Source of the DNA: an uncultured Verrucomicrobiae bacterium
Lineage (GTDB): Bacteria; Verrucomicrobiota; Verrucomicrobiia; Chthoniobacterales; JAFAMB01
Length of the DNA: 64,000 bases
Reading direction: 5' to 3'
Assembly: GCA_963837955.1 (NCBI GenBank)
Contig: CAWIPH010000002.1
Location: forward strand, 4,160,001-4,224,000
A model generated the notes under the pieces. The model saw only the letters and a list, made by a program, of their open reading frames with translations. It did no database searches and was not told the origin of the DNA. This document shows positions 15,175 to 25,870 of this stretch, piece after piece. A program made the translations under genes and the position numbers. Each line of letters opens with the position of its first letter. Positions within the stretch are counted from its first letter, which is position 1.

Positions 15175-16630
15175 ATTGTTCCTCCAAAGAATTCCAAAGC
15201 TGCATGGCGGCATAAGCTCGCCAAGGTCGCCATTTTTCTGCCAAGGCCAGAGCGTCGGACGCTTTTTTTACTGAAAGAGCTTTCTGCAAGCCGAGATCCT
15301 GATGAGGAAAAGCGTCCGGCCACCCCAACACTCGCATCCCTATGTAGGCGGCCGTCCAGGGCCCAATTCCGGGCACCTCGGTTAATTTCTTTACGCTGTC
15401 CTCCCACGACACCGCATTAAGAAAATTGATTTGCCCAGAGGCGACAGCTTTAGCTAAGGCCAGCACAGTCGCCGCTCGTGCCCCAGTTAGCCCGAGTTTC
15501 CGCAAGTCACCGAGCGGCACCGCGGCGATCTGGGCCGCGTTCGGGACGATATATTTTAAGTCTTGGAAAGGCGTTTCAATCTTTTCTCCGAATCGTTCGA
15601 CTACCCTGCCCGCGATGGTTGTCGCCGCCGACACACTGATTTGTTGACCGAGTACGGCGCGCAAAGCAATCTCGAAGCCATCAAAAGCACCTGGCACTCT
15701 GATTCCCGGATCCTTTGTTGCCAATGGGCCAAGCGTCGCTGCGATTCGATCGGGGGAAGCATCTAAATCAAATAAGCGACGCAGCCGGCTCACTATGGTC
15801 AACACGGCGGGAAGCAATTCCGGGGCAACTTGGACCTTTAACGAATGAGCATCCGGATCATTTTCAACAATCAACCATCCTCTTAACGCGCCCACCCGGA
15901 CCGTTCGGGTATATTGATTCTCGCCGACCAACTCAGCTCCTCGATAAGATCGACGGCAAAAGTAACGCAGCACAGTATCCCAGCTAAACGGCGGCCGGTA
16001 ACTGAGGTGAAATATACATTCGGAGCCCGACACAACGGTTTTCTTCGAACCGTTTCGCAACCCAGTCGGAGAAAGACGATAGCGTTCTTTGAATAGGCTA
16101 TTGAATCGCCGCAAGCTCCTAAAGCCGCTAGCCAACGCCACGTCGTTGATACTGAGCTCCGTATCGGTGAGCAGCTGTTTAGCGAGCAGCAGTCGTCGGG
16201 TTTGCATAAGTTGAATCGGAGAGACCCCCAATTGTTTCGTCAACAGACGTCGAAAATGGCGATCCGAAAACTGGAACGCTCCGGCCAATTCGGGAATCGT
16301 TTGATCGGCTTCTTCGATACGATCCAAATAGCGCAACGCCGCACTGACCACTCTTTGTTCCGTATCGATCGGAGCGTTGCCGGGAGCCAACTCAGGCCGG
16401 CAGCGCAAACAAGGGCGATAACCTGCGACTTCGGCGGCCGCAGCCAGCCGGAAGAATTCGCAGTGCCGTATTTGTGGGCGCCGCGACGGACAGATCGGAC
16501 GGCAATAAATTTTTGTGGTCTTCACGCCGACAAAAAAAACACCATCAAACCGCTGATCTCTCGCGATGAGTGCTTCGAAAAACTGCTGCGAATTCATTGT
16601 GTCGACCAGTATCGATCGCTTCTTATTCAT
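15149..16630 (-). CDS. alkA: AdaA-AlkA fusion (Ada Zn domain, AraC HTH, AlkA glycosylase)
   Basis: DQRFDGVFFVGVKTTKIYCRPIC..YRPCLRCRPE; LGQQISV; PGIGPWTA; WRPWRAYA. Start uncertain (16651/16630/16597). Confidence 0.93.
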   Translation of the reverse strand: MNKKRSILVDTMNSQQFFEALIARDQRFDGVFFVGVKTTKIYCRPICPSRRPQIRHCEFFRLAAAAEVAGYRPCLRCRPELAPGNAPIDTEQRVVSAALRYLDRIEEADQTIPELAGAFQFSDRHFRRLLTKQLGVSPIQLMQTRRLLLAKQLLTDTELSINDVALASGFRSLRRFNSLFKERYRLSPTGLRNGSKKTVVSGSECIFHLSYRPPFSWDTVLRYFCRRSYRGAELVGENQYTRTVRVGALRGWLIVENDPDAHSLKVQVAPELLPAVLTIVSRLRRLFDLDASPDRIAATLGPLATKDPGIRVPGAFDGFEIALRAVLGQQISVSAATTIAGRVVERFGEKIETPFQDLKYIVPNAAQIAAVPLGDLRKLGLTGARAATVLALAKAVASGQINFLNAVSWEDSVKKLTEVPGIGPWTAAYIGMRVLGWPDAFPHQDLGLQKALSVKKASDALALAEKWRPWRAYAAMQLWNSLEEQYEISNHLR

Positions 16631-16668
16631 TGTCTCGCCGTTTTCGGACATGCAAATTTCGAGCAAAC

Positions 16669-16905
16669 TCACGCCAAGACGGCAGATCGGAAAAGAACCT
16701 CACGCAAAGTCGCAAAGACGCCAAGATTTCAGAGAAGAGAAAGGCGAAGGGATCACAGCTATCCGGTTTTCGCCTTTGCCAGTTGACCAATTGCTGGGGG
16801 AATTCTCAAGAACGCGTACATCGAGCCGCTACTAACCTTTAGTCCAAAATCTTGGCGTCTTTGCGCCTTTGCGTGAGATCCTTCCCTTCTGGCGTCTTGG
16901 TGTGA
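16669..16905. repeat. Long inverted repeat element (MITE/REP-like) with internal CGCAAAG-type 8-mers
   Basis: About 60-bp arms 16669-16729 and 16847-16905 are near reverse complements (CTCACGCAAAGTCGCAAAGACGCCAAGATTT / AAATCTTGGCGTCTTTGCGCCTTTGCGTGAG). Confidence 0.8.
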
Positions 16906-16954
16906 TCATCTCAAAAACAGTTGGCTCAACGCCAGATCGTGATTGAATCACGGA

Positions 16955-17581
16955 GTGAATAAAGAGCCGGATTGGATACGTTGGGCACGAGAAATTCAAG
17001 CGATCGCCCAGACAGGTCTCCATTTTTCCGAAAGCACCTATGATCGAGAACGCTACGAGCGTTTGCAGGCCATCGCGGTAGAAATGTTCACGAGTGGATC
17101 GGACGCCACGGAGTCATTTATCCGCGCTAGTTTCGCAGACCAGAGCGGTTATGCCACGCCCAAGGTTGACGTCCGTGGAGTAGTCTTAAAGGAAGGTCAA
17201 TTATTGCTCGTCCGAGAGACCAGTGACGGACTGTGGACACTGCCTGGCGGTTGGGCAGATGTTAATAATTCACCTTCGGAAGCAGTAGTGCGCGAGGTAC
17301 GGGAAGAAAGCGGGTTCGTGACTCAGGCGACACGGTTGATTGCTCTGTTTGACCGGTCCAAGCATGGGCACACCCCCCCATTCCCGTTCCACGTCTACAA
17401 GCTGTTTATCGCGTGTGAATTGCTGAGCGGAAGCGCACGCACTTCGGCCGAAACCTCCGAAGTCGGATTCTTTGATCCCAACAACCTTCCTCCGCTGTCC
17501 CTGTCGCGGGTCACACCAGAGCAAATTACGCTCTGCTTACGCAGTTTGCGAGATCCTCAGAGCCCGGTGCTTTTCGACTGA
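16955..17581 (+). CDS. NUDIX hydrolase with Nudix_N domain (ADP-ribose pyrophosphatase-like)
   Basis: WAREIQAIAQTGL..YDRERY; GYATPKVDVRG; Nudix box GGWADVNNSPSEAVVREVREESG. Confidence 0.92.
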   Translation: MNKEPDWIRWAREIQAIAQTGLHFSESTYDRERYERLQAIAVEMFTSGSDATESFIRASFADQSGYATPKVDVRGVVLKEGQLLLVRETSDGLWTLPGGWADVNNSPSEAVVREVREESGFVTQATRLIALFDRSKHGHTPPFPFHVYKLFIACELLSGSARTSAETSEVGFFDPNNLPPLSLSRVTPEQITLCLRSLRDPQSPVLFD

Positions 17582-17823
17582 AGCGCACGTTTACGGTCAG
17601 CGGTTTGCCGTTCCCAGAGGGACACACCGGGAAGAGTGTTTGACAATAACTAAAAATAATTCGGCTTATGGGGTGGTCTGACCGATATCTTAACGTTTCC
17701 GAACGCCGCGATCCCAAATACGAATCGAGAACTACCGAACTTGGAATTGAAACGGGCGCTCGGCAGCAGGAACAGCACGCCGATCAACTGTAAATGGTTA
17801 ACTGCTAACCCTTAACACCTCGC

Positions 17824-18036
17824 ATGTTTACTTCGCTACTCCCGGGTTTAGCGGTTACAGCCGTCGGAATTCTCGTTCTCCGTTTCGTGCTTGGCTTTCT
17901 TCTCCGGCCTCCGCGGGCCTTGAAATTCAGACTCAAAGTGAAATTGATCCGTTTTGCCGCCTACTGGAGTGTCCGGGCGGAACGCTTTTGGAAGAATCGA
18001 AGCGACGCAAGCTCCCAGAAAAGAGAGAGAGCCTAA
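17824..18036 (+). CDS. Small hypothetical membrane protein
   Basis: N-terminal hydrophobic stretch, basic tail, ends 7 nt before the next gene. Confidence 0.45.
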   Translation: MFTSLLPGLAVTAVGILVLRFVLGFLLRPPRALKFRLKVKLIRFAAYWSVRAERFWKNRSDASSQKRERA

Positions 18037-18043
18037 TGTGTCC

Positions 18044-18784
18044 ATGAAAAAAAACGTTCTTGCGCTCGTCCTGTTCTGTTTCGCCGCGTCCACCTTGGTC
18101 GCCGAGAATCAAAGGATCGATTACGGCGGAACGACCTATCTCATCCCAATACCGCCAGGGTTCGTTCGCTATGACCAAACCTTCCCAGAGCTGGCGGAAC
18201 CGACCAAGAAGGCAATCGCTTCGTTCAACGATCTCCTTAGTGCCTATGCCAGACAGGACGACCTCTTGAAGGTGCAGGCAAAGGCAAAGACTTCCTTGGG
18301 CGTCATCTGCCAGGTACAGGCCACCCGCAGCCTGCATGGCGTCGAGATCGGACCGACGGAATTCGCGGAAATTAAGAATCAGCTAAAGACGAATTATCGC
18401 TCGTTCGACATGGGCGGGATGGTAGCAAAGAGCGAAGACGCCCTCAGCGATTACATTCAAAAGGAGATGCAGGCCGATGGCGGCGTAAAGCTGAATCAGC
18501 CGCAGGTAACCGAGGTATTCGACGATCGCCCCAATTCGCTGAGTTTTACCGTAGTGGTCAATGTCCAGATCACAGGAAACGGACAAACTAAGACCGTTCC
18601 CGGCGTTAGCATCGGCTCGATGGTGAATGTTCATAAAAGGGCGATTAATCTCTACTGCGCAACCCGATACGACGGACCAGAGTCAATCAAGGAAGCCAAG
18701 ACGGTTCTCGTCCAATGGAGAGATCAGGTTCTGCAGACGAATAATGCCGATGCCGCTAGCGGTGCGCCGGCTCCGGCTGATTAG
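18044..18784 (+). CDS. Secreted hypothetical protein
   Basis: MKKNVLALVLFCFAASTLVA signal peptide; long clean ORF. Confidence 0.8.
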   Translation: MKKNVLALVLFCFAASTLVAENQRIDYGGTTYLIPIPPGFVRYDQTFPELAEPTKKAIASFNDLLSAYARQDDLLKVQAKAKTSLGVICQVQATRSLHGVEIGPTEFAEIKNQLKTNYRSFDMGGMVAKSEDALSDYIQKEMQADGGVKLNQPQVTEVFDDRPNSLSFTVVVNVQITGNGQTKTVPGVSIGSMVNVHKRAINLYCATRYDGPESIKEAKTVLVQWRDQVLQTNNADAASGAPAPAD

Positions 18785-18787
18785 ATA

Positions 18788-19010
18788 GTTCGTCCTCGTG
18801 CTTCCGCCGTCGCGCACGCACATCTGCCATAATCTTTAAAAACACGCGAGCTATGGCGGACAGGCTGTCGTCGTCGTCCTCGAATTGGTTGACCCGCGTT
18901 TTTCGTAAAAGAACCGCGAACGGACCCGAACAAAGACGACTTATGTATGTCTATTCGTGATCGCGTAATCTCGCAAGGTAACGGTCGACCGCCTCGAGGA
19001 CGAGCACGAT
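18788..19010. repeat. Nested inverted-repeat elements between convergent genes
   Basis: TCGTCCTCGTGCT / GTCGTCGTCCTCG pair with CGAGGACGAGCACGA; an inner CCGCCGTCGC..GCTATGGCGG pair interrupts the left arm. Confidence 0.55.
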
Positions 19011-19080
19011 TAGAATCAACAATGGCCGGCGCTTTCCTTTATCCAGGAGTTGCTTACCTGGGCGACGCCGGGATCCGAGA

Positions 19081-20361
19081 TTATCCCTGGAGCAACAGGC
19101 GCGTCGGATCTTCGATACACTCTTTTACCCTGACCAGAAAAGTCACCGCTTCCTGCCCATCGACCACTCGGTGGTCATAACTCAGGGCAAGATACATCAT
19201 CGGTCTTATCTCGATCTTTTCTCCGATTGCTACCGGCCGGTTCTGTATTTTGTGCATCCCCAGGATCCCGCTTTGCGGAGGATTTAGAATCGGTGTACTG
19301 AGCAGCGAGCCATAAATTCCGCCGTTGGTGATGGTGAAAACGCCACCGACCAAATCATCGAGCTGCAGCTTTCCCTCCCGCGCTTTTGCCGCGAATTTCG
19401 CAACATCCTGTTCGAGCTGAGCAAAGGCTTTCTTATCAGCATCCCGGATTACCGGCACGACCAATCCTCGCTCGGTGCCAACGGCTACACCGATATCGTA
19501 GAAATGGTTCTCAATGAGGTCATCCCCATCCAACCGCGCATTGATAGCGGGAACGCTTTGCAGCGCGTCAACGACCGCCTTCACGAAAAAAGACATGAAT
19601 CCGAGTTTGATGCCGTGCCGCTTTTGGAAATTCTCCTGATAGCGCGACCGGAGCTGCATCACCGCAGACATGTCGACCTCATTGAAGGTCGTCAGCATCG
19701 CTGCGTTCTGCTGCGCCATTACAAGCTGCGCCGCGATTTTCTTTCGCAACGGAGACATCTTGCGACGAGTAAATCGCTCTACCGCCTTGTCTATGGATGA
19801 ATCTTTCGTCGTTTCGGAAGAAGCCGGAGGCTGAGAGATCTGTTCTACTGGAGCGGCGCTCTCCTGTGGAATCGCGGGCTTCTGGTTCTCCAGGTAGTTG
19901 ACGATATCCTCTTTGGTGACCTGCCCGTGTTTTCCCGTACCTTGAACCTTTTCCAGAGGAACGCTTTCTTCGTCCGCCAAGCGCCGAACTGCCGGCGACA
20001 ACCCGCTCTTAGCCCCGTCCCCCGCTTCGGGAGACACGGCTACGCGCTCGGCCGCTACAGGGATCGTCTCGGTTTTCTGAGTGCCGCCGGATGCCTCCAC
20101 TGGGGCAGGCGCCGATCCGATTTTGGCTGTCTCATCGATGGTGGCCACTACCTGACCAATCTTCACTTCCTGGCCCGCCTCGACTCGGATTCGGATGGCT
20201 CCGGTTCCCGGGGCCGGGATTTCAGTCGATATCTTGTCAGTCTCGAGCATAAGAATAGGCTCACCGTCCTTGACCAAGTCACCATCTTTCTTGAGCCAGG
20301 CGGAAAGCAATCCTGACGTAATCGACTCGCCCACCGCAGGAATCTTCACTTCGATGCTCAT
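19081..20361 (-). CDS. sucB: 2-oxoglutarate dehydrogenase E2 (dihydrolipoamide succinyltransferase)
   Basis: Lipoyl ETDKI, E3-binding [23 protein letters not shown]. Confidence 0.97.
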   Translation of the reverse strand: MSIEVKIPAVGESITSGLLSAWLKKDGDLVKDGEPILMLETDKISTEIPAPGTGAIRIRVEAGQEVKIGQVVATIDETAKIGSAPAPVEASGGTQKTETIPVAAERVAVSPEAGDGAKSGLSPAVRRLADEESVPLEKVQGTGKHGQVTKEDIVNYLENQKPAIPQESAAPVEQISQPPASSETTKDSSIDKAVERFTRRKMSPLRKKIAAQLVMAQQNAAMLTTFNEVDMSAVMQLRSRYQENFQKRHGIKLGFMSFFVKAVVDALQSVPAINARLDGDDLIENHFYDIGVAVGTERGLVVPVIRDADKKAFAQLEQDVAKFAAKAREGKLQLDDLVGGVFTITNGGIYGSLLSTPILNPPQSGILGMHKIQNRPVAIGEKIEIRPMMYLALSYDHRVVDGQEAVTFLVRVKECIEDPTRLLLQG

Positions 20362-20376
20362 GCGAATTGCTCTTGC

Positions 20377-23139
20377 TTAAAGAGTGAAGGCTTGATGTAC
20401 AAGTTCCTTCTGCTGCCGGTCGTGCCACGCCTTGGAGCCTACTGCCGGGCTGGCAGCTTCGGCGCGTCCCGCGTACCAAATGGGCACTTCGCCAAGAGAG
20501 CTGAACAACTGAAAAATGTAACTCCATGCACCCATATTCTTCGGTTCGTCTTGGCACCATACCCATTTCGAGGATGTCGAAAAAGGTTTGATCATTTTCG
20601 TGAGTGTCTCGAGGTGCAAAGGATAGAGCTGTTCGATTCTGATCAACGCAGCATCCTTTACTTGATTAGTCTCTAGATAAGCCAGCAAGTCGTAGTACAC
20701 CTTGCCGCTGCTGAAAATCAGACGTTGCACGTCCTTTTCACTACCAAGCAGCGTTGGCGGCAGAATTGGCTGGAAGCTAGAGTCCGTAAAATCTTCCAGT
20801 CGAGAAACCGCTCGCTCGCTCCGCAGCATCGATTTTGGCGTCATCAAGATGAGCGGCTTTCGAAAATCGCGCTTCACTTGCCGGCGCAATACGTGGAAAT
20901 ACTGGGCGGGGGTTGTCAGATTGCAAACCTGCATATTTTCCTCGGCGCAAAGTTGCAGATAGCGCTCTAAACGAGCACTGGAGTGTTCCGGGCCCTGGCC
21001 TTCATAACCGTGAGGCAATAGCAAAACAATGCCACTTGGTCGCTGCCACTTTGATTCTGAGCTCGCGATGAATTGGTCAATGACAACCTGAGCGCCGTTG
21101 GCAAAATCGCCAAACTGAGCCTCCCACAAGCAGAGCATGTCGGGGAAATCCAACGAATAGCCGTAGTCGAAACCGAGAACGGCAGCTTCGGATAACATGC
21201 TGTTGTAGACACAAAACCGAGCCTGGTCCGGACTTAGGTTGGCTAGAGGTATATAGCGTTCCCGGGTCTCAACATCGTAAAGCACAGAGTGCCTTTGGCT
21301 GAAGGTACCGCGCCGGCTATCCTGTCCAGAGAGACGGACCGGCGTTCCCTCGATTAAGAGAGATCCGAACGCCAGAGCCTCCGCGTATGACCAATCGAAT
21401 GGGCCGCCCTCGGCATACTGTTTTTTTCGTCGCTCCAAAATCATCTTTCGGATTTGCGGTTGAACCCGGAATCCGTCAGGCACCTGGGTAATGCGGTCGA
21501 CGATGTGATTGATCGTTTTTGGCGAAACCCGCGTGTCCGGTTCTTCGTGGCTATAGGGCGGCTGAAAAACGGCGCTCGATTCCTCAAATCTTCGCTGCAG
21601 ATCGCTTTTCGATTTTCCGTCAGAACTCCTGACTTCGGTCAACGAGCTCTCCAAACGACCACGGAACTCATTTTCCAGAGCCTCCGCCTCCGTCGCAGTT
21701 AACACGCCCGATTCGAGTAAGCGACCTTTGAATATTTTCGTTACAGCTGGGTGACTATGGATCGTCTTGTACAGCTTCGGCTGGGTAAAGCTCGGTTCAT
21801 CCGTTTCATTATGCCCGTAGCGACGGTAGCAGTACATATCAACAACGACATCGCACCCGAAGGTCTGACGAAACTCAAACGCAGTTTGCGCGACAAATGC
21901 GACCGCTAGCGGATCATCGCCATTCACATGAAAGATGGGTGCCTCGATCATCTTGGCCACATCGGTGCAATACATCGTTGAACGCGCATCAGCCGGAAGC
22001 GTGGTAAAGCCGATTTGATTGTTAACAATCACGTGGACGGTTCCACCCGTTTCGTAACCCGGCAGTTGCGAGAGATTTAAGACCTCAGCCACGATCCCCT
22101 GGCCAGCAAAAGCAGCGTCTCCGTGGAGCAACAGCGGCAATACCTTTTTTCTTTCTTCGGTATCTCCGAGAATACGTTGTCGAGCGCGCGCGTTGCCTTC
22201 CACCACAGGGTTAACAATCTCCAAGTGACTCGGGTTTGCGGCTAACCGAATACCAACTTCGGCTGAACCAATCTTCCGAAAACTTTCGTAACCGAGGTGG
22301 TACTTCACGTCGCCGTCTCCCGCTACGAGGTCGGGAACGTAGTTCTCTGAAAACTCTTTGAAGATAACGTCGTATGACTTCTTCAAGAAATTCGCCAGAA
22401 CCGTCAGTCGACCTCGATGGGCCATCCCCATCACGATCTCTTGCACACCGGCCGGAGGACAATCGTTTAAGATAGTCTCCAGAATGACCATCAAACTTTC
22501 GCTGCCCTGAAGGGAGAACCGCTTCTGGCCAATGAACTTCGTGTGCACAAATTGCTCAAAGGTTTCGGCCTCCATTAACCAGCGCAAATACTGCTTTTGG
22601 CGAGCCGCATCGGGCGGCGGAGTCATGACTCGCGCTTCCATTCTTTGTCGGAGCCATTCCCGCTTCGACCGGTCCTGAATGTGCATGAATTCGATGCCGA
22701 TGGTGTCGGAGTAGGTCGCGCGAAGACTCTTTAACAGCTCTCCGAACGGCATCGGACTAGCATCGCGAAAATAGCGGGATGAAACGATGATGTCTGGCGG
22801 TGTATCTTCCAAGCCGAACTCTTTGACTGCCAATGCCGGCTGCTCCGGAGTCGCCTCGCTTAGTGGATCGAGCTTCGCCTGAGTGTGCCCGAGTATTCGA
22901 TAATTATTGACGAGGCTATCGACCCGATTCCTAAGCTGGGCATCCAGGCCCTCGAGAGGGGGTGCCTCGACAGTGCCTTTCCCATTGCGAGTCGGGGAGA
23001 GCCCAAGTTCAAAGCCCTCGAAAAAAGCGGACCAAGTCGGATCAACCGATGTCGGATCTTTTTTCCAACGTTGATGGTACTCGTCTAGAAGATCGGCATT
23101 CCAATCGTTCAAATACGAAGTTCTCATGTTTTTGCTCAT
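20377..23139 (-). CDS. sucA: 2-oxoglutarate dehydrogenase E1
   Basis: GMAHRGRL, GDVKYHLG, HGDAAFAGQG, WEAQFGDFANGAQ, GPEHSSARLER. Confidence 0.97.
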   Translation of the reverse strand: MSKNMRTSYLNDWNADLLDEYHQRWKKDPTSVDPTWSAFFEGFELGLSPTRNGKGTVEAPPLEGLDAQLRNRVDSLVNNYRILGHTQAKLDPLSEATPEQPALAVKEFGLEDTPPDIIVSSRYFRDASPMPFGELLKSLRATYSDTIGIEFMHIQDRSKREWLRQRMEARVMTPPPDAARQKQYLRWLMEAETFEQFVHTKFIGQKRFSLQGSESLMVILETILNDCPPAGVQEIVMGMAHRGRLTVLANFLKKSYDVIFKEFSENYVPDLVAGDGDVKYHLGYESFRKIGSAEVGIRLAANPSHLEIVNPVVEGNARARQRILGDTEERKKVLPLLLHGDAAFAGQGIVAEVLNLSQLPGYETGGTVHVIVNNQIGFTTLPADARSTMYCTDVAKMIEAPIFHVNGDDPLAVAFVAQTAFEFRQTFGCDVVVDMYCYRRYGHNETDEPSFTQPKLYKTIHSHPAVTKIFKGRLLESGVLTATEAEALENEFRGRLESSLTEVRSSDGKSKSDLQRRFEESSAVFQPPYSHEEPDTRVSPKTINHIVDRITQVPDGFRVQPQIRKMILERRKKQYAEGGPFDWSYAEALAFGSLLIEGTPVRLSGQDSRRGTFSQRHSVLYDVETRERYIPLANLSPDQARFCVYNSMLSEAAVLGFDYGYSLDFPDMLCLWEAQFGDFANGAQVVIDQFIASSESKWQRPSGIVLLLPHGYEGQGPEHSSARLERYLQLCAEENMQVCNLTTPAQYFHVLRRQVKRDFRKPLILMTPKSMLRSERAVSRLEDFTDSSFQPILPPTLLGSEKDVQRLIFSSGKVYYDLLAYLETNQVKDAALIRIEQLYPLHLETLTKMIKPFSTSSKWVWCQDEPKNMGAWSYIFQLFSSLGEVPIWYAGRAEAASPAVGSKAWHDRQQKELVHQAFTL

Positions 23140-23275
23140 TATGAGCAGCGGACCAGCAATTTAAATGAACTTGAATAGGACCCAAACGAATTTTTAGACA
23201 ATTTTGGTTCAGAGATGACTGTTTGACACCGCCGTTCGGTGACGATACCAACTGCTTGAGCAGTTCGCTCGCCGG

Positions 23276-24121
23276 ATGAAAAGCTGTCATTCTTTCTTGG
23301 TAGGCTACCTGCTCTGCCTGCTAGGCACTGGTAGTTTTGGACAATCTGATCCGGCATCCGAACCGGCGGTCACCGCGATCCGGGCGGTTTTACCTGCGGT
23401 GGTAAATATCAACACCGAGCGGTTAGTGCAGCGGCAGGTTCGCGATTCAGAGGACGAAGTATACGATCGCTATTTTGGCGGTCCGACCCGCCGGCGGATC
23501 GAAATTCGTCAACGCGTGAAAAGCTTAGGATCTGGCTTTCTCGTCGATCCCAGTGGATTGATTGTCACGAATGAACATGTTGTCCAGCGGGCGCAGGATC
23601 TGAAGATTAAGGTAACTTTGAATGACGGCAGGTCGTTCAATGCTCGTTACGTGGCTGGCGATCCCGCTTCCGATCTTGCTTTAATTCGCATAGAAGATGG
23701 CGGCGTGTTGCCTTATATCGATCTCAATAAACTGTCACCTAATCTCCTGGGAGAAACGGTTCTTGTTCTCGGTAATCCGCTGGGCTACGGAAGCTCGGTG
23801 AGTCGGGGCATCCTGAGCGCCACTAACCGCGCGGTGACGGTAAAAGGAACTGAGTACCGCAACATGTTGCAGACAGATGCCGCCATAAACCCGGGCAATA
23901 GCGGAGGGCCGCTTATTGATCTTTCGGGCTCGCTCATCGGGGTAAGTTCAGTAAAAATGGCGTTTACCTCCCAAGGGATCCCGACCCAGGGCCTTGGGTT
24001 TGCGATCCCGGCAGACACTGTCCGCGCAAAGGTCGAACAACTTAAGCAAACCGGCTCCAACCTCAACAGTCGTCAACGCAGTTCTCAACCCAAAGCCGGT
24101 AGACCACCGAACCTACTCTGA
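23276..24121 (+). CDS. Secreted trypsin-like (HtrA/DegP-type) serine protease lacking PDZ
   Basis: Signal peptide, GSGF, TNEHVV, DLAL, QTDAAINPGNSGGPL; ends soon after the protease domain. Confidence 0.9.
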   Translation: MKSCHSFLVGYLLCLLGTGSFGQSDPASEPAVTAIRAVLPAVVNINTERLVQRQVRDSEDEVYDRYFGGPTRRRIEIRQRVKSLGSGFLVDPSGLIVTNEHVVQRAQDLKIKVTLNDGRSFNARYVAGDPASDLALIRIEDGGVLPYIDLNKLSPNLLGETVLVLGNPLGYGSSVSRGILSATNRAVTVKGTEYRNMLQTDAAINPGNSGGPLIDLSGSLIGVSSVKMAFTSQGIPTQGLGFAIPADTVRAKVEQLKQTGSNLNSRQRSSQPKAGRPPNLL

Positions 24122-24159
24122 CGCAACCAACGCGAATTCACCTTCGTCTTGCTACTCTA

Positions 24160-25092
24160 ATGATCAAAGTCGAGCGGCTCACCAAAAAATACGCGGGTGT
24201 TACGGGCATCGACCAGATCAGCTTTGAAGTCGGTAAGGGAGAAATTGTGGGTTTTCTCGGGCCAAACGGAGCCGGAAAAACCACGACGATGCGGATTTTG
24301 GCCAGCTACATGCCGGCCAGTTCCGGTCGTGCCTGGGTTGCCGGCTTCGACGTTTTTTCGGAATCTCTTAGTGCGCGACGACATCTCGGCTACCTTCCCG
24401 AGAATGTCCCTCTCTATCATGATATGCGGGTTAACGAGTACCTTCGCTATCGCGGGGCCCTCAAAGGCTTGTCCGGCGGACGTTTGAAGAATCGGCTTGG
24501 AATCATCAAGGAGCTGTGCGGTTTGCCCGAAGTAGGACGAAAAAAAATCTCAGGTTTATCAAAAGGCTTTCGGCAGCGAGTCGGCCTGGCCGAAGCGATG
24601 ATTCATGAGCCCGATCTGCTCATTCTGGATGAACCGACGATCGGTCTCGACCCGAACCAGATTCGCCAAGTACGCGAGCTCATCAAATCATTAGGCGAAC
24701 GCCATACCATACTGTTATCCACCCACATTCTTTCGGAGGTCGAAGCGACTTGCTCCCGCGTGATTATTATTAATCGGGGTAGAATTGAAGCCTCCGATAC
24801 GCCCGATAATTTGGTGAACCAGCTCCGAACCTCGGGACTGTTGCGCCTGGAAGTCAAATGCGGCTCGGAAGATCCCGTATCTTATCTATCGGAAGTATCT
24901 GGCGTTCGCGAAGTCCGAGTTGTCTCGAACGGCGAGTGGCGATCCTTTGAGATCCGAACCGAGGCTAATAGCGATCCGCGTGAACAGATTTTTCGGTTGG
25001 CCGTTGGACGCAAATGGGTAATCCGAGAATTAAGTAAAGAGCGCGCCACTCTGGAAGATGCCTTTGTCGAACTTACCCACACGGATCGTTAG
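24160..25092 (+). CDS. ABC transporter ATP-binding protein (GldA-like)
   Basis: GPNGAGKTT, LSKGFRQRVGLA, ILDEPT. Confidence 0.93.
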   Translation: MIKVERLTKKYAGVTGIDQISFEVGKGEIVGFLGPNGAGKTTTMRILASYMPASSGRAWVAGFDVFSESLSARRHLGYLPENVPLYHDMRVNEYLRYRGALKGLSGGRLKNRLGIIKELCGLPEVGRKKISGLSKGFRQRVGLAEAMIHEPDLLILDEPTIGLDPNQIRQVRELIKSLGERHTILLSTHILSEVEATCSRVIIINRGRIEASDTPDNLVNQLRTSGLLRLEVKCGSEDPVSYLSEVSGVREVRVVSNGEWRSFEIRTEANSDPREQIFRLAVGRKWVIRELSKERATLEDAFVELTHTDR

Positions 25093-25098
25093 TCAGTG

Positions 25099-25854
25099 AT
25101 GAGAAGGTTTTTCACATTGCTAGCGAGAGAATTTGCTGCGTTTTACTATTCGCCGATTGCCTATGTTGTACTTTTTTTCTTCCTGATCCTGAACGGACTT
25201 TCGTTTTGGTTCGCTCTGGCACTGCTTAGCCGAGGACCTTCCGAACTAACTCTCGTCCAAGCTTTTTTTAATACGCTATTCTTTTGGATCGCTTATCTTC
25301 TGGTATTCCCGGTCATCACCATGCGCCTTTTCTCCGAGGAATTTAAGCTGGGAACGATCGAAACATTGATGACTGCACCGGTTCGAGATTGGGAAGTTGT
25401 TGCATCCAAATTTCTAGCTGCGTTGATCTTCTATCTGAGCATGTGGCTGCCGAGCGCTCTCTATTTCTTAATCTTTAGTTGGCTAGGTACCCGAAGCGTA
25501 GTCGGCGCCGGCGCCCAAATTTGGGGTCCCTACCTGCTGTTGCTGGTTATGGGCATGTTCAACGTATCGCTCGGCTGTTTGGCCTCGTCGCTTACGTCAA
25601 ACCAAATAATTGCGGCCATGATGGCGTTGGTCTTCGTCCTGGGAATCTTCTTTCTGACGATGATCAATTACGTCATCAACAGCTCGTCGCCCTGGTTACG
25701 GGATTTGACCGCGTACGTAGCCCAGCTCGATCACATGGAATCCTTCTCGCGAGGGATCATTGATACGCGCCCCTTAGTTTTCTATCCAACCTTTGCGCTC
25801 CTTTTTTTGATCCTGACCTATCACGTATTCCAGTACCGACGCTGGAAAGTGTAG
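25099..25854 (+). CDS. ABC-2 permease (GldF-like)
   Basis: YSPIAYVV, PVITMRLFSEEFKLGTIETLMTAPV; about 6 TM. Confidence 0.9.
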   Translation: MRRFFTLLAREFAAFYYSPIAYVVLFFFLILNGLSFWFALALLSRGPSELTLVQAFFNTLFFWIAYLLVFPVITMRLFSEEFKLGTIETLMTAPVRDWEVVASKFLAALIFYLSMWLPSALYFLIFSWLGTRSVVGAGAQIWGPYLLLLVMGMFNVSLGCLASSLTSNQIIAAMMALVFVLGIFFLTMINYVINSSSPWLRDLTAYVAQLDHMESFSRGIIDTRPLVFYPTFALLFLILTYHVFQYRRWKV

Positions 25855-25870
25855 CTCCGAGATCTCCGTC

